Part shown: positions 30,960 to 41,544 of the stretch, one piece after another
Layout of the letters: each line of letters starts with the position of its first letter
Position numbering within the stretch: position 1 is the stretch's first letter
Source of the DNA: Anaerolineae bacterium
Lineage (GTDB): Bacteria > Chloroflexota > Anaerolineae > JAADDB01
DNA: 64,000 nt
Direction of reading: 5' to 3'
Assembly: GCA_015486845.1 (NCBI GenBank)
Contig: WFQU01000160.1
Location: 3,313-67,312 of the forward strand
Translations under genes and position numbers: made by a program
The notes under the pieces: generated by a model
Told to the model about the DNA's origin: nothing
What the model saw: only the letters and a program-made list of their open reading frames with translations
The model's database searches: none

Positions 30960-31979
30960 TCACAAATAAGCCGAAAGGTCCCACAGGTGCAAGCGAGGAT
31001 TCGGCGTGATGCCGGGAATGCGTCCCCGTTTCGCCACCGGCACGCCATCCACCTCTTTGATGTCCGCGGTAAAATCGTTGGGCGCTGCACCAGAAATAGC
31101 GCTGCCGATGCCAAAAGCGTCCACCGGCGCCGCGGCTGCGCGGAAATAACGAATCCGCTCCGGCGTGATGCCGCCGCTAACCACAATATGCACGAAATCG
31201 AAGCCAGCTTGATCGAGCCGCGCCCGGACTTCTTTAACCAGGGCAGCGGTGACCCGGCCCCGCTCCGATGGCGTATCCAGCCGCACGCCCCACAACCGTC
31301 GGCCCAACGCTTTTGCCACCCGTAACGATTCTTCCGCCTCATCTTTGAAAGTGTCCACCAAAGCAATACGCTTCACGTCTGGCGGCATAAGCCGGTCGAA
31401 TGCTTCCATAGTGCGCACAGTATCCCCCACACAAAGAATCAAAGCGTGCGGAATCGTGCCCGACGCCGTCACACCGGCCAACGCGGCGCCGGCCGTAGTG
31501 GCGCAACCAGAACAACCACCAACCATTGCAGCATACTCCAGCCGAGCTGCCACATCGGGATGCACATGCCGGGCGCCGAAATGAAGCACAGGAAGGCCGT
31601 CAGCCGCGTCAACACACGCTCTGGATGCCGTCGCCCAACCGGTTTCATGGGCCAAAATGCCCAACATGGCGGTTTCATAAAGGCCAAACGTCCTATACGG
31701 CGCCTGAATGCGCAAAACCACTTCTTTGGCATCTACTTGCATGCCCTCTTCCAGACCAAAAACGCGCCCTTCTGGCGGTAAAACGCGCGCCAATAACGCT
31801 TTCACTTCCTCCACACCGCATAACAGACCGGCCCGCGCTGGGAATAATTCCATCGCCACATGGGGCGACAAGTTTTCTGCTGCTAAAATCTGCATAGCTC
31901 GCGGAAAATAAACATCTGCCGTCTCACCGCTTAGCAGCGCCGGCAATGGTGCGAACCGTGTTTTCTCCCCCCCCATCAT
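30960..31979 (-). CDS. pncB: Nicotinate phosphoribosyltransferase (short type)
   Basis: TADVYF, HFGARHVHP, GTIPHAL, LVDTF, GVRLDTP, SGGIT, FGIGS. Adjacent to a nicotinamidase-like gene. Confidence 0.85.
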   Translation of the reverse strand: MMGGEKTRFAPLPALLSGETADVYFPRAMQILAAENLSPHVAMELFPARAGLLCGVEEVKALLARVLPPEGRVFGLEEGMQVDAKEVVLRIQAPYRTFGLYETAMLGILAHETGWATASRACVDAADGLPVLHFGARHVHPDVAARLEYAAMVGGCSGCATTAGAALAGVTASGTIPHALILCVGDTVRTMEAFDRLMPPDVKRIALVDTFKDEAEESLRVAKALGRRLWGVRLDTPSERGRVTAALVKEVRARLDQAGFDFVHIVVSGGITPERIRYFRAAAAPVDAFGIGSAISGAAPNDFTADIKEVDGVPVAKRGRIPGITPNPRLHLWDLSAYL

Positions 31980-32014
31980 AACCTCCTATTTACAAGATAC
32001 ACCGGGCCACAATC

Positions 32015-32539
32015 CTAACGCAGGATCGTCGCACCGAGAATTTTTTCCATGTGTTGCAAAGCAAAAACATGCGCTTCCGGATCAAAAGAGGCAACACAAT
32101 CAGCAGGAACCAAAACCGGATAGTCACGATTACGAGCATCGGCCACCGTGTGCAAAACGCAAATATCAGTACAAACGCCACAAATAGTGATTTGCTCCGG
32201 CTGTAAGGCAGCTAAACGCATCGCCAGATCGGTATCAAAGAAAGCACTATAACGCCGCTTTTCAATCAACGTTCCCCGGGCCAGAAAAGGCGCTAATTCC
32301 GGAATAATCTCCGCCTCCACGCTGCCACGAATGCAGTGCGGCGGCCACATCTGGAACTCTTTATCATCTGGATCGTGGGTATCCGCCGTGAAAAAGAGCT
32401 GGGCGGAACGCGCCATGGCAGCTTCTAAACAAAGCTGGATTGGCTCGATCACTCTTCTGACCTCAGCACCACAATAAAGAGGATAGCCTTCTTCCAAAAA
32501 ACCTCGCTGCATATCAACAACTATCACGGCTTCTCGCAT
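32015..32539 (-). CDS. pncA: Isochorismatase-family cysteine hydrolase, likely nicotinamidase
   Basis: VVDMQ, DTH, WPPHC, KRRYSAF, GVCTDICV. Next to pncB. Confidence 0.78.
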   Translation of the reverse strand: MREAVIVVDMQRGFLEEGYPLYCGAEVRRVIEPIQLCLEAAMARSAQLFFTADTHDPDDKEFQMWPPHCIRGSVEAEIIPELAPFLARGTLIEKRRYSAFFDTDLAMRLAALQPEQITICGVCTDICVLHTVADARNRDYPVLVPADCVASFDPEAHVFALQHMEKILGATILR

Positions 32540-32854
32540 CGTCAGCCTCCTTCAGTAAAGCCATAAATGATAAAATCAGAAGATTTATTGATTCGTATGA
32601 GAACCATTCAGCGCGTACTTTATCGATAAGATGCTTGTATGTTTGCTATCCGGTACCTACCAACGCACGGCGACAACACGATGTAAGCGCTCAATGGTGT
32701 GACAACCAATTGTTGTAACAATGGGGGGGAGTAGAACGTTTAATGTCCGCTTTCGCCGACGCGCAACCGCCTTGACAGATGTCAGTTCCGCAAAATTTGC
32801 TGCGAATTCATTGGTCAGGCGCTTGCTTAACCTTTTAGTTTCGGTATGTCCGCG

Positions 32855-33970
32855 TCAGGAAGAAACATTACGGGAACGACGCAGCCAAGCAGGAATGTCT
32901 AAATCATCACTCGGCACATTCTCTTCTTCATCTTGATGTAAAGAAAGATACTCTGGCTGGTTAGATGTCGGCGCTTGATTGTCTATCACGGCCTTGTTCT
33001 TATTCTGGTCGCGTTTGAAGCCAGTCGCAATGACCGTAATGGAAATTTCATCCCGCATATCAGGATTTATCACAGCGCCAAAGATGATATTAGCATCCTG
33101 ATGCGCCGTTCGCCGAATGAGTTCGGCCGCTTCGTTAATTTCGTACAAACTCATGTCTTCGCCACCGGTCACGTTAAAGAGGATGCCGCGAGCCCCCTCA
33201 ATGCTAACATCCAACAAATGACTGTGAATGGCCTGTTCGGCTGCTTCCACAGCCCGGTTATCGCCTTTCGCCCGTCCAATGGACATCAGCGCCGCACCAC
33301 CTTCGTTCATAATGGAACGGACATCAGCAAAATCCAGGTTGATCAATCCTGGCACTGTAATCAACTCCGAAATACCCTGGATGCCCTGCCGTAACACATC
33401 ATCAGCCACCATGAAAGCAGACTGGATAGAGGCTTTCTTGTCCACAATTTGCAACAAACGATCATTAGGAATCACAATCAGGGTATCCACTTCCTCCTGC
33501 AATTGATCAATCCCTTTTTCGGCAACCGTGCGCCGGCGAGAACCTTCGAAAGTAAACGGCTTGGTCACTACACCGATAGTCAAAGCTCCCGCAGCTTTAG
33601 CCATTTTCGCTAAAATAGGTGAGGCACCCGTGCCGGTGCCGCCACCAATACCGGCGGTAATAAATACCATATCAGAGTCTTCAACCACAGCCTTCAATTC
33701 ATCCATAGACTCTTCTGCAGCTTTGCGGCCGATTTCGGGATCACCACCGGAGCCCAAACCTTTAGTCAACTTGTCGCCTATGCGAACACGCACAGGGGAC
33801 TGAGAAAGAAGCAAAGCCTGGCTATCAGTATTCACGACCACGAACTCAACACCCCGAATACCCGCTTCGATCATTCGGTCTACCGCATTCGAGCCGCCGC
33901 CCCCTACACCAACCACCTTAATATTTGCCGTGCTATCTGCGAACCGTTGTTGCTTGCCTTTAGAAGCCAT
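32855..33970 (-). CDS. ftsZ: Cell division protein FtsZ (frame open upstream to 34177)
   Basis: [27 protein letters not shown]-terminal LDIPAWLRR. Confidence 0.98.
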   Translation of the reverse strand: MASKGKQQRFADSTANIKVVGVGGGGSNAVDRMIEAGIRGVEFVVVNTDSQALLLSQSPVRVRIGDKLTKGLGSGGDPEIGRKAAEESMDELKAVVEDSDMVFITAGIGGGTGTGASPILAKMAKAAGALTIGVVTKPFTFEGSRRRTVAEKGIDQLQEEVDTLIVIPNDRLLQIVDKKASIQSAFMVADDVLRQGIQGISELITVPGLINLDFADVRSIMNEGGAALMSIGRAKGDNRAVEAAEQAIHSHLLDVSIEGARGILFNVTGGEDMSLYEINEAAELIRRTAHQDANIIFGAVINPDMRDEISITVIATGFKRDQNKNKAVIDNQAPTSNQPEYLSLHQDEEENVPSDDLDIPAWLRRSRNVSS

Positions 33971-34354
33971 TGTTTCTTTGCTCCTTTCCATTGATTCCTC
34001 CCCTGGTCCCGCCTTTTCAGCCTTGACTTCAGCGCCATGCACTACTGCTTCTGCTCTAATATTACCATCCATTGAAAAATTCTCGGCCCTTTCTAACTTC
34101 TCCTGCGAGAGAGGCTGCTTGCCATCCGTATCCATATTAAATGAATACATCAACATGACCTCCGGTAATTTCTGCATTATCGTTTTCCTCCCTCGCCATT
34201 ACTGGATTCCGAACCTCGTTAAAATCACTCGACGGAACCAGTACTAATTTCAATTCCCTCCGGTAGCCATGTCTACAACTAATCTACCCACCAAATTTAT
34301 CCCAGAGCACAGAAAATAGATTCGGGAATCAGAAATCAGGCGGCTGGAAAACGT

Positions 34355-34462
34355 CCGATGATTCTCAACCGCTGCAACAGCTACGAAACCTGCCTGTGCA
34401 GGTTGAACGCCCATCGCCACGGAATAACATGGCAGACGTTGCCATGACTTATAGCCGCTGGG
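34355..34462 (-). repeat. Repeat family B, diverged copy between ftsA and ftsZ
   Basis: GAAACCTGCCTGTGCAGGTTG...GGCAGACGTTGCCATGACTT. Confidence 0.8.
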
Positions 34463-34503
34463 CCGCGTAGTTACCCGAACTAATACCTTAAGAACGCCTG
34501 CTA

Positions 34504-35754
34504 TCAACTTTCCCCACTCGGAAGCAACCGCTTCAACCAAGCCGTAAATCGAGAGCCCACACCGCTTGGTGAAAAATTCATAGTCGTCCGATCGGCCAAC
34601 AAAAAAGAAGGACGCCGATCGGCTAACAATAACAGGCCCAAAGCGGTAGCATAAGCCGGTGAACGCAACGAATCCGGCAAATTAATGAAATCCTCGACTT
34701 CTTCCGGTCGCCCCACCCGTACCGGCACATCAAGCATCGTCCGGGCAATCTCGGCAAATCCATCCAACTGAACTGTGCCTCCAGTCAAAACCACGCCGGC
34801 AGTAAGAATTCCATCGTACCCCATCTGTTTGACCTGTTTCCAGATAAATTCCAATATCTCCTCAGCGCGGGCTTGCAAAATAATTGCCAAATTCTGACGA
34901 TTGACAACGTATTCTCCCCCGTCACCAAATCCCTGCACACTAACCCGTTCCGTCGGCGAAACCCTATTTACCAAAGCGCTGCCATATTGAATTTTTAACT
35001 GTTCCGCCGTTTCGATAGGGGCCCGCAATCCCAAAGCGACATCATGCGTAAGGTATTCCCCACCCATGGGCACAACAGCAGTGTGCCAAGCTGTACCATC
35101 CAAATAAATGGCCAAATCAGATGTGCCGCCGCCAATATCGACAGCCAGAACCCCCAATTTGCGTTCTTGCGGCCGCAAAACAGCTTCCCCAGAAGCAAGG
35201 GAACTCAATACCAGCTTCTCCACGCGGATACCGGAGACCTCGATACAACGGAACAGATTCTGCAAGGCCAGTGCATTCGACGCGACCAAATGCGCATTGA
35301 CCTGCAAACGGAACCCGCTCATTCCCACGGGATGATGTACGCCTTCTTGCCCATCGACCACAAAAGCACGCGGCAAGCTAGCGATAATTTCCCAATTTTG
35401 CTCGATCTTTGTCGTCCGGGCACTAGCCAAGACACGACGGACATCGTCCTCCGTAATAATACGATCGTTATTGAAAATGGATATAATCCCAACATTGTCA
35501 AATGAGTGCAAATGACGACCAGAAATGGAAACATAAGCATTTCCCATGCGTGTGCCCGCCTGGCGCTCCACAGTGCTGATGGCCTCTTGTAGCTCCGCCG
35601 TGACTTCCTCGACGTCCACAATGGCACCTTCCCGTACGCCACTCGTTGCAATCATCGCTGCGCCTAATACGTGAATACCATCATCCGTAATCTCAGCGAT
35701 CAAAGTGGTTATTTTCGTCGAACCTATGTCAATGGCAGAAACAATGCTTACCAT
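34504..35754 (-). CDS. ftsA: Cell division protein FtsA
   Basis: IDIGSTKI, PVGMSGFRL, DIGGGTSD, AEQLK, GVVLTGG, YATALGL, C-terminal amphipathic helix. Confidence 0.97.
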   Translation of the reverse strand: MVSIVSAIDIGSTKITTLIAEITDDGIHVLGAAMIATSGVREGAIVDVEEVTAELQEAISTVERQAGTRMGNAYVSISGRHLHSFDNVGIISIFNNDRIITEDDVRRVLASARTTKIEQNWEIIASLPRAFVVDGQEGVHHPVGMSGFRLQVNAHLVASNALALQNLFRCIEVSGIRVEKLVLSSLASGEAVLRPQERKLGVLAVDIGGGTSDLAIYLDGTAWHTAVVPMGGEYLTHDVALGLRAPIETAEQLKIQYGSALVNRVSPTERVSVQGFGDGGEYVVNRQNLAIILQARAEEILEFIWKQVKQMGYDGILTAGVVLTGGTVQLDGFAEIARTMLDVPVRVGRPEEVEDFINLPDSLRSPAYATALGLLLLADRRPSFLLADRTTMNFSPSGVGSRFTAWLKRLLPSGES

Positions 35755-35786
35755 ACGTCCTCCTTCCAGACCGACGCGCCATCGTC

Positions 35787-36614
35787 TTAAGGTGTAACAA
35801 TAGCACTATCAGGGCGTGAAACATCAACGGCAGAGGGCAAAGTTCCCCCATGTTGATTCGAGAAACTATTCAACGCCCCCTGTAAAAGTCGCCATTGCTG
35901 GGATAAATTGTCTGCCTCGCCCAAATAAACGGTTGTCTGATGCCTCCAGCGGAAAGAAAAACCGTCCGGAACACGATAATTGAGCACTTGCAACGCCGGA
36001 TTCAAGGCCAAGAGATGGGAAATTCGGCCGGCATACACAGCGGATAAACGCTTTTCGCCGGTCATCGACACCACTAAGGCGCTTTCGTTATCGATCAATA
36101 CGGGCAGCCGCAAATGAGCACTGGGCAACGCCGGCAACAAAACGCCCTCACCGTCAACCCAAAGGGAGCTTCCTGCTCCTTGCCAAACGAAAACCGGCTG
36201 GCGTTCCACGACACGGATGCGCAGAACAGGTGCCGGAAAAACAGAAACCTGCGCCCGGCGCACAAAAGGCAGTTGTTCCACCCGTTTCTGTAATCGGTCC
36301 GGATCCAGGCCAAATACGTGATAGCCGCCCACATCAGCTTGCCGAACAACAGTCGCCAAGTTAGTATAGTGCAAGCCAGTCACATGCACTTGTGACACAA
36401 AGAGCATATTCCAATTCCAGGCGAAAAGTAACGCTGCAACAGTCAAGAGAGCCAGGAGAGCAGCTAATAACTGCGCTTTAGCCAAGCGCTCGCGCCGGGC
36501 AGTCCGTCGTTGTGCAAACTTGAAATTGTCGACAACAGCCGCCAAAGAGAAACGAGAGCGACGCTTGCGTTTATTGTTATGATAACGTGATGACCGTGAT
36601 GACATCATTCTCAC
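35787..36614 (-). CDS. ftsQ: Cell division protein FtsQ/DivIB
   Basis: Basic N-terminus, one TM, POTRA-like region with VVERQP and WVDGEG. Lies between ddl and ftsA. Confidence 0.85.
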   Translation of the reverse strand: MRMMSSRSSRYHNNKRKRRSRFSLAAVVDNFKFAQRRTARRERLAKAQLLAALLALLTVAALLFAWNWNMLFVSQVHVTGLHYTNLATVVRQADVGGYHVFGLDPDRLQKRVEQLPFVRRAQVSVFPAPVLRIRVVERQPVFVWQGAGSSLWVDGEGVLLPALPSAHLRLPVLIDNESALVVSMTGEKRLSAVYAGRISHLLALNPALQVLNYRVPDGFSFRWRHQTTVYLGEADNLSQQWRLLQGALNSFSNQHGGTLPSAVDVSRPDSAIVTP

Positions 36615-36626
36615 TCGCTTAGCAGG

Positions 36627-37667
36627 CTATCGGGGCTCTAACGCCAAGGATAACAGCTTATCCAACAAAGCCCCGTACGAAAGGCCAGTAGCTTCCCATA
36701 ATTTTGGGTACATGCTGATTTCGGTAAAGCCAGGAAATGTGTTTAGCTCATTCAAATATAAAGTGCCACTCCCTTTATCCAGCAAGAAATCGACCCGGGC
36801 TAACCCACTCCCGTCGATGGCACGAAACGCCCGCAAAGCAATATCCCGCACTTGCTCCGTCAGCGCCGGCGACAACGCGGCCGGAACGACAGTCTGTGAA
36901 CCCGCATTCTGGTATTTCGCCTCATAATCGTACCACGCTTTGCCCGGGATTACTTCCCCCGGCAAAGAGGCCGTGGGGTAATCGTTTCCCAAAACACTGA
37001 CTTCAATCTCGCGAGCTGCAATGCCTTGCTCCACGATCAACCGGCGATCGAAACGAGCGGCCTCTTGCAGCCCAGCCCACAGCGCTGATCGATTATCCGC
37101 TTTAGTGATGCCCACGCTGGAACCCAAATTAGCTGGCTTGACGAAAATAGGATAAGCAAACTGAGATTCCAACTCCGTCAACAACAGTTCACGATCCTCC
37201 GCCAGCACACGGCGCTGCAGGATACGAAAAGGCAAAACCGGCAAACCCTCAGCTTGAAAAAGGCGCTTGCTCAAGCCCTTATCCATGGCCACAGCCGAAG
37301 CCAGCACGCCACATCCAACATAAGGCAAGTCGGCGAGATCAAGGAAACCTTGTAATTTGCCGTCTTCACCGTAAGGGCCGTGCAAAACGGGCAGAATGAC
37401 GTCCACTTCGGATAGCCGTTCAACGACTGGCAGAAGATCAGCCGAGGTTAGTCTATCAACCGGTGCAGAAGGGACAGTACCTTTCAATAACGCTTCTGCA
37501 TCTTTAGCATAATACCATCGTCCGAATTTGTCAATTGCAAGAAAGTATAGCATGTAACGTGAAGCATCCAAGTGGTTGATAATAGAACGAGCAGAAGCCA
37601 AGCTCACCTCATACTCAGCAGAACGGCCACCGAAAATGATACCTACCCGCAACTTCTCTTTACGCAT
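36627..37667 (-). CDS. ddl: D-alanine--D-alanine ligase
   Basis: FGGRSAEYEVS, LHGPYGEDG, GSSVG, YDYEAKY, NELNTFPG. Confidence 0.97.
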   Translation of the reverse strand: MRKEKLRVGIIFGGRSAEYEVSLASARSIINHLDASRYMLYFLAIDKFGRWYYAKDAEALLKGTVPSAPVDRLTSADLLPVVERLSEVDVILPVLHGPYGEDGKLQGFLDLADLPYVGCGVLASAVAMDKGLSKRLFQAEGLPVLPFRILQRRVLAEDRELLLTELESQFAYPIFVKPANLGSSVGITKADNRSALWAGLQEAARFDRRLIVEQGIAAREIEVSVLGNDYPTASLPGEVIPGKAWYDYEAKYQNAGSQTVVPAALSPALTEQVRDIALRAFRAIDGSGLARVDFLLDKGSGTLYLNELNTFPGFTEISMYPKLWEATGLSYGALLDKLLSLALEPR

Positions 37668-37686
37668 AGTCAAATATCCTCGTTTT

Positions 37687-38625
37687 CTATTCCGCTTCAA
37701 ACTGACTACCTACCAGCATCACTTCAGGTTCCAAGGCTACGCGAAAATGCCTTTTCACTTGCCGCCGGGCCATTTCCATCAGTGCCAAAACATTAGCTGC
37801 CGAGGCATCTCCCAGATTGACAATGAAATTAGCATGAAGCGATGAAATAGCCGCACCGCCAACCCGATAACCTTTCAATCCCACCGCTTCAATCAAACGG
37901 CCGGCATAATCCCCCGGCGGATTTTTGAATACAGAGCCCATACTGGGCGCTTTAGGCTGTGTCAAACGCCGTCGTGCTAAATAGTCCTCCGCCTGCGAAC
38001 GCATAGTAGCCGTGTCGCCCGGCTGCAATTGAAACTGGGCAGCAATCAGCAACGGGACCCAAGCACTTTTGCGCAGACGCTGTTTCAACGCACTATCCCG
38101 ATAAGAAAGCTGCAAGCGCCGAGCCGGCCAGGTGACAAGCGTGCCATCCTGTTGCAAAAGCATCACCCGACGTAGGCTTGCCGCCACGTCCGAGCCGTAA
38201 GCGCCGGCATTGCCGATCACAGCGCCCCCCACGCTGCCCGGAATACTCACCGCCCAGGTTAAGCCAGTCAAGCCCTGGTTTATCGCCTGACGAGCCAAAC
38301 CTGCCAAAGGCGCACCACTTTCTGCCCAAACCAGGCCGTCGGATCTGAACACAACCTTGCGGCAACGGTTGACAACGACTAAGCCAGGAATTCCCGCATC
38401 CCCAACCAAGACATTGCTGCCGCCGCCGAGAAACGTCAGCGGCATCGAGCGCCGCCCAGCATAAGCCACTAACGCCGATAATTGGTCTACATGCCGCACG
38501 ATAGCCATCAGCGCAGCGGGGCCGCCAATGCGAATCATTGTATAAGACGCCAACGGCTCGTTTTCCAACCAGGTCGCGCCGGGGGCCCACTCTCGTAACG
38601 CTTGCCGGTCTGCAGCATCAATCAA
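37687..38625 (-). CDS. murB: UDP-N-acetylenolpyruvoylglucosamine reductase
   Basis: GGGSNVL, IPGSVGGA..NAGAYG, GSVFKNP, HANF, LEPEV. Confidence 0.97.
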   Translation of the reverse strand: MIDAADRQALREWAPGATWLENEPLASYTMIRIGGPAALMAIVRHVDQLSALVAYAGRRSMPLTFLGGGSNVLVGDAGIPGLVVVNRCRKVVFRSDGLVWAESGAPLAGLARQAINQGLTGLTWAVSIPGSVGGAVIGNAGAYGSDVAASLRRVMLLQQDGTLVTWPARRLQLSYRDSALKQRLRKSAWVPLLIAAQFQLQPGDTATMRSQAEDYLARRRLTQPKAPSMGSVFKNPPGDYAGRLIEAVGLKGYRVGGAAISSLHANFIVNLGDASAANVLALMEMARRQVKRHFRVALEPEVMLVGSQFEAE

Positions 38626-40027
38626 AACGGTTCGCCTCCTGCGCCCGCAACCGCCGCAAAACCATCTCGCCCACCTGTCCGCTGGTGCCGGCTCCCATAG
38701 TTATCAGCACCGCCCCGGGCTGCAACCAATGTGAAAGTTTCTCCGCCGCCTGCTCGACATCGCCCACGAAACGGACATCCGGATGGTTCAACGTTGCTGC
38801 GACTTTTTCACCGGTCAATCCCAATGTATCCTTTTCCCGGGCCGCGTAAATATCCGTGACTAACACATGGTCGGCGAGAGCAAAGGCATTGCGCCAGCGC
38901 GACAAAAAGGCCGCAGTCCGGCTATACGTGTGCGGCTGGAACAGCACCCACAGCGATGCGTCCTGGTAAAGATCACGAGCAGCCAGTAACGTCGCTTGTA
39001 CTTCCGTGGGATGATGACCATAATCATCGTAAACCTGAATACCATTAACCTCGCCTTTGCGCTCAAAACGCCGCGCGGCGCCGTGATAAGAAGACACATA
39101 AGGCAACAAAGAAATCACATCCATGCCCCAAGCATCCAAAGCGGCCAAAGCCACCAATGCGTTGCTCACGTTATGCCGTCCCAGTACAGCAAGCTGTGCT
39201 GGGCCCAAATTAACACCAGCTCGCCAAACCTGGAACAAGGGATAAGCACCTCGATGCCAATCCCGCGCTTGCCAAGTGGCATTGCGTTGATAAATACTGC
39301 AACCAATGCCCGACAATTGCACTGGACGCTGCGACATGATCAATGCCGCCCCCACATCATCAATCGATGCAATCAATCGCCCATTCGTCAGCGGCAACCG
39401 CTCCACAAAGTGCCGGAAAGCAGCCCGATACACTTCCAACGTTGGAAAACAATCCACGTGATCCCAATCCACCGTCGTCAACGCAATCACATGGGGCTGC
39501 AATCCCAAAAACATGTTGTCGTATTCGTCAGCCTCGATGATGAAATAGTGGCCGTCCCCGGCATCAGCGTTACCCCACACCGGCAAATCGGCACCAATGA
39601 TATAGCCAGCCTGGCGTCCGCCTAAACGCGCCCACTGGATCGCCATGCCGGTGGTAGTCGTTTTGCCGTGTGTGCCAGCTACGGCCAAAACATCCCGTCC
39701 CGCCAAAAGGCGCGCCAGGAAATCCGCCCGTTTCAAGACAGGAACACCTTGCCGCCGGGCAGCCTGGACTTCCGGGTTATCAGGAGGAATAGCCGAAGAA
39801 ATCAATAACAAGTCTGCGCCGGCTATCTGCGACGCCCTGTGCCCAACATCAACGCGGGCGCCCATAGCCCGCAAACGCCGCAAGGTCGGCATATCGGCCC
39901 GATCCGAACCGGAAACAGCAAACCCTTCTTGACAAAGGACCCGCGCGATAGCAGACAGGCCGGTACCGCCAATTCCGACCAAATGAACATGTTCCCGCTT
40001 CGTAAAGGGCATGATTTCTTCTGACAT
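38618..40027 (-). CDS. murC: UDP-N-acetylmuramate--L-alanine ligase
   Basis: GIGGTGLS, AGTHGKTTTT, EADEYD, DDYGHHPTE, FQPHTYSRT. Confidence 0.97.
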   Translation of the reverse strand: MSEEIMPFTKREHVHLVGIGGTGLSAIARVLCQEGFAVSGSDRADMPTLRRLRAMGARVDVGHRASQIAGADLLLISSAIPPDNPEVQAARRQGVPVLKRADFLARLLAGRDVLAVAGTHGKTTTTGMAIQWARLGGRQAGYIIGADLPVWGNADAGDGHYFIIEADEYDNMFLGLQPHVIALTTVDWDHVDCFPTLEVYRAAFRHFVERLPLTNGRLIASIDDVGAALIMSQRPVQLSGIGCSIYQRNATWQARDWHRGAYPLFQVWRAGVNLGPAQLAVLGRHNVSNALVALAALDAWGMDVISLLPYVSSYHGAARRFERKGEVNGIQVYDDYGHHPTEVQATLLAARDLYQDASLWVLFQPHTYSRTAAFLSRWRNAFALADHVLVTDIYAAREKDTLGLTGEKVAATLNHPDVRFVGDVEQAAEKLSHWLQPGAVLITMGAGTSGQVGEMVLRRLRAQEANRFD

Positions 40028-40039
40028 TTTTACCTACCT

Positions 40040-40273
40040 AACCTGGACAAGCCAGAACCAAAAAACTCAACGCAGAAACGCCAAGAGGCAAAGACATAAA
40101 GATTTTTTGATTCTCTTTTTGCTCGTTTTCTCCGTTTTATTCCGTCGCTTTTGCTAACCCTATTCAAGGACCAAGGAACAAAGATTTTATATTTTTCTTA
40201 GCACCTTGGCACCTTTTGCGTCTTAGCGTTAAGTTTTTGCACTATGTACAAGAATTTCGCTGGTAAGGTATTA
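40040..40273. repeat. Short-unit imperfect inverted repeat inside the dcw cluster
   Basis: AACGCAGAAACGCCAAGAGGCAAAG... mirrored by ...CTTGGCACCTTTTGCGTCTTAGCGTT. Confidence 0.55.
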
Positions 40274-40309
40274 ATGCGATACACCATCATGATCAAAACC
40301 GACACTTGC

Positions 40310-40882
40310 TTATTTTCTGATCACTATGAATAGTAACAAAAGTGCAGCCACGACGCCAACGTAAGTCACATCGGTGCCCAATAACACGTCCAAATGCGTC
40401 GATAGGGCATGAACAATAGATCGTGCAAAACCGCTCATCGTCTCCGGGAAAAAAAGCCTGGCCTGTTTCGTGTATGGATAATGGTAATAATCGAAATAAA
40501 ACCACACCACCGAGACCGTTAGAATGCCATTGACCGCCCCGACGGCAACATTCAAGAAAAAGCGATTGATACCTTTGGCTGTCGGCACACCGCCAGCCGA
40601 AATACCAAACCCGATGTAATTTCCCATCAAAGTAACCAGAAAGAAGGTCAAGAAAAACAATAGCTCTATTGCCTCTACGGTTTCGCTTTTCGCGTCCACC
40701 CGGAAATAAGGTGCCATCGTAGTACTCACAAAGTGATCCACCTTCTCAGTTAAGGCAAACATTATAAAAGCAGCGAGCAAGATGATAATAGTTGTCCCCA
40801 ATTCTCTATGATATCCCCTCGCTAAGGCAACTAAAACAAATACAAAAACCACCACGAACCACACTACTTCAATGGAACTCAT
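40310..40882 (-). CDS. Membrane protein, CvpA-like
   Basis: ALARGYHRELGT and VGAVNG motifs, several TM segments. Confidence 0.7.
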   Translation of the reverse strand: MSSIEVVWFVVVFVFVLVALARGYHRELGTTIIILLAAFIMFALTEKVDHFVSTTMAPYFRVDAKSETVEAIELLFFLTFFLVTLMGNYIGFGISAGGVPTAKGINRFFLNVAVGAVNGILTVSVVWFYFDYYHYPYTKQARLFFPETMSGFARSIVHALSTHLDVLLGTDVTYVGVVAALLLLFIVIRK

Positions 40883-40887
40883 AATCC

Positions 40888-41544
40888 CTATCCTATTTCA
40901 CGCATGGCCCAAATAACAACAGCAACGCAGACAACGACTATCAAGTAAAATGGATCCAGCCCCAAAATGGATTGTGTTTTCGATAAGCCTTGCGCCAACA
41001 ACTGGCCGGCCTGATTATTCGCAGCGTCACTGACACCACCACTGATAACTTGGGGTGTCGGCAAGGCATGCGGCAACGCCGGCAGCAACCAAGAGCCCAA
41101 CAGATAGCCGTTCAACGCGCCTAAAAGAGCGCCGAAGCCGGGCAACTTCCTTTTGAATAACCCGCTTACCACATAAATCAACACAATTGTGGCCAATAAC
41201 AAGCCAAGCAAGACCGTCGTCGTCTCCGCATTATTCGCTGAGCCAGAGGCGACTGTCGCCTTATACACGTTCGATGCGTTGCCAAACACAGCAGATGCAC
41301 CTTTATGCCTATTGCGAAACAAGAGGGCTGCAAGCTGAAGGGTAAAACGGAACCAGTTAAACAAAGAAATTAAAATATGACCTTGATCCACCCTCAAAAA
41401 GATCAAGCCAACGAACACAACCAGTTCCCGGATAAAGCCACGGTGAATGCCCCACCAACCAAAGAGCAATAAGAAAAATAGTAACGTTATGGATGCTTGA
41501 ACATCTGGCGGTGCCCCGATTGTATTCATGCCGTCACTCCCCAC
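40888..41544 (-). CDS. Membrane protein, CvpA-like
   Basis: GIHRGFIRELV and LLGALNGYL motifs, similar to the neighbouring gene. Confidence 0.65.
   Translation of the reverse strand: MGSDGMNTIGAPPDVQASITLLFFLLLFGWWGIHRGFIRELVVFVGLIFLRVDQGHILISLFNWFRFTLQLAALLFRNRHKGASAVFGNASNVYKATVASGSANNAETTTVLLGLLLATIVLIYVVSGLFKRKLPGFGALLGALNGYLLGSWLLPALPHALPTPQVISGGVSDAANNQAGQLLAQGLSKTQSILGLDPFYLIVVVCVAVVIWAMREIG

Noticed and set aside
34200..34216. tRNA T-loop-like GGTTCGGAATCC on the minus strand
   Set aside because: No cloverleaf or acceptor stem around it.
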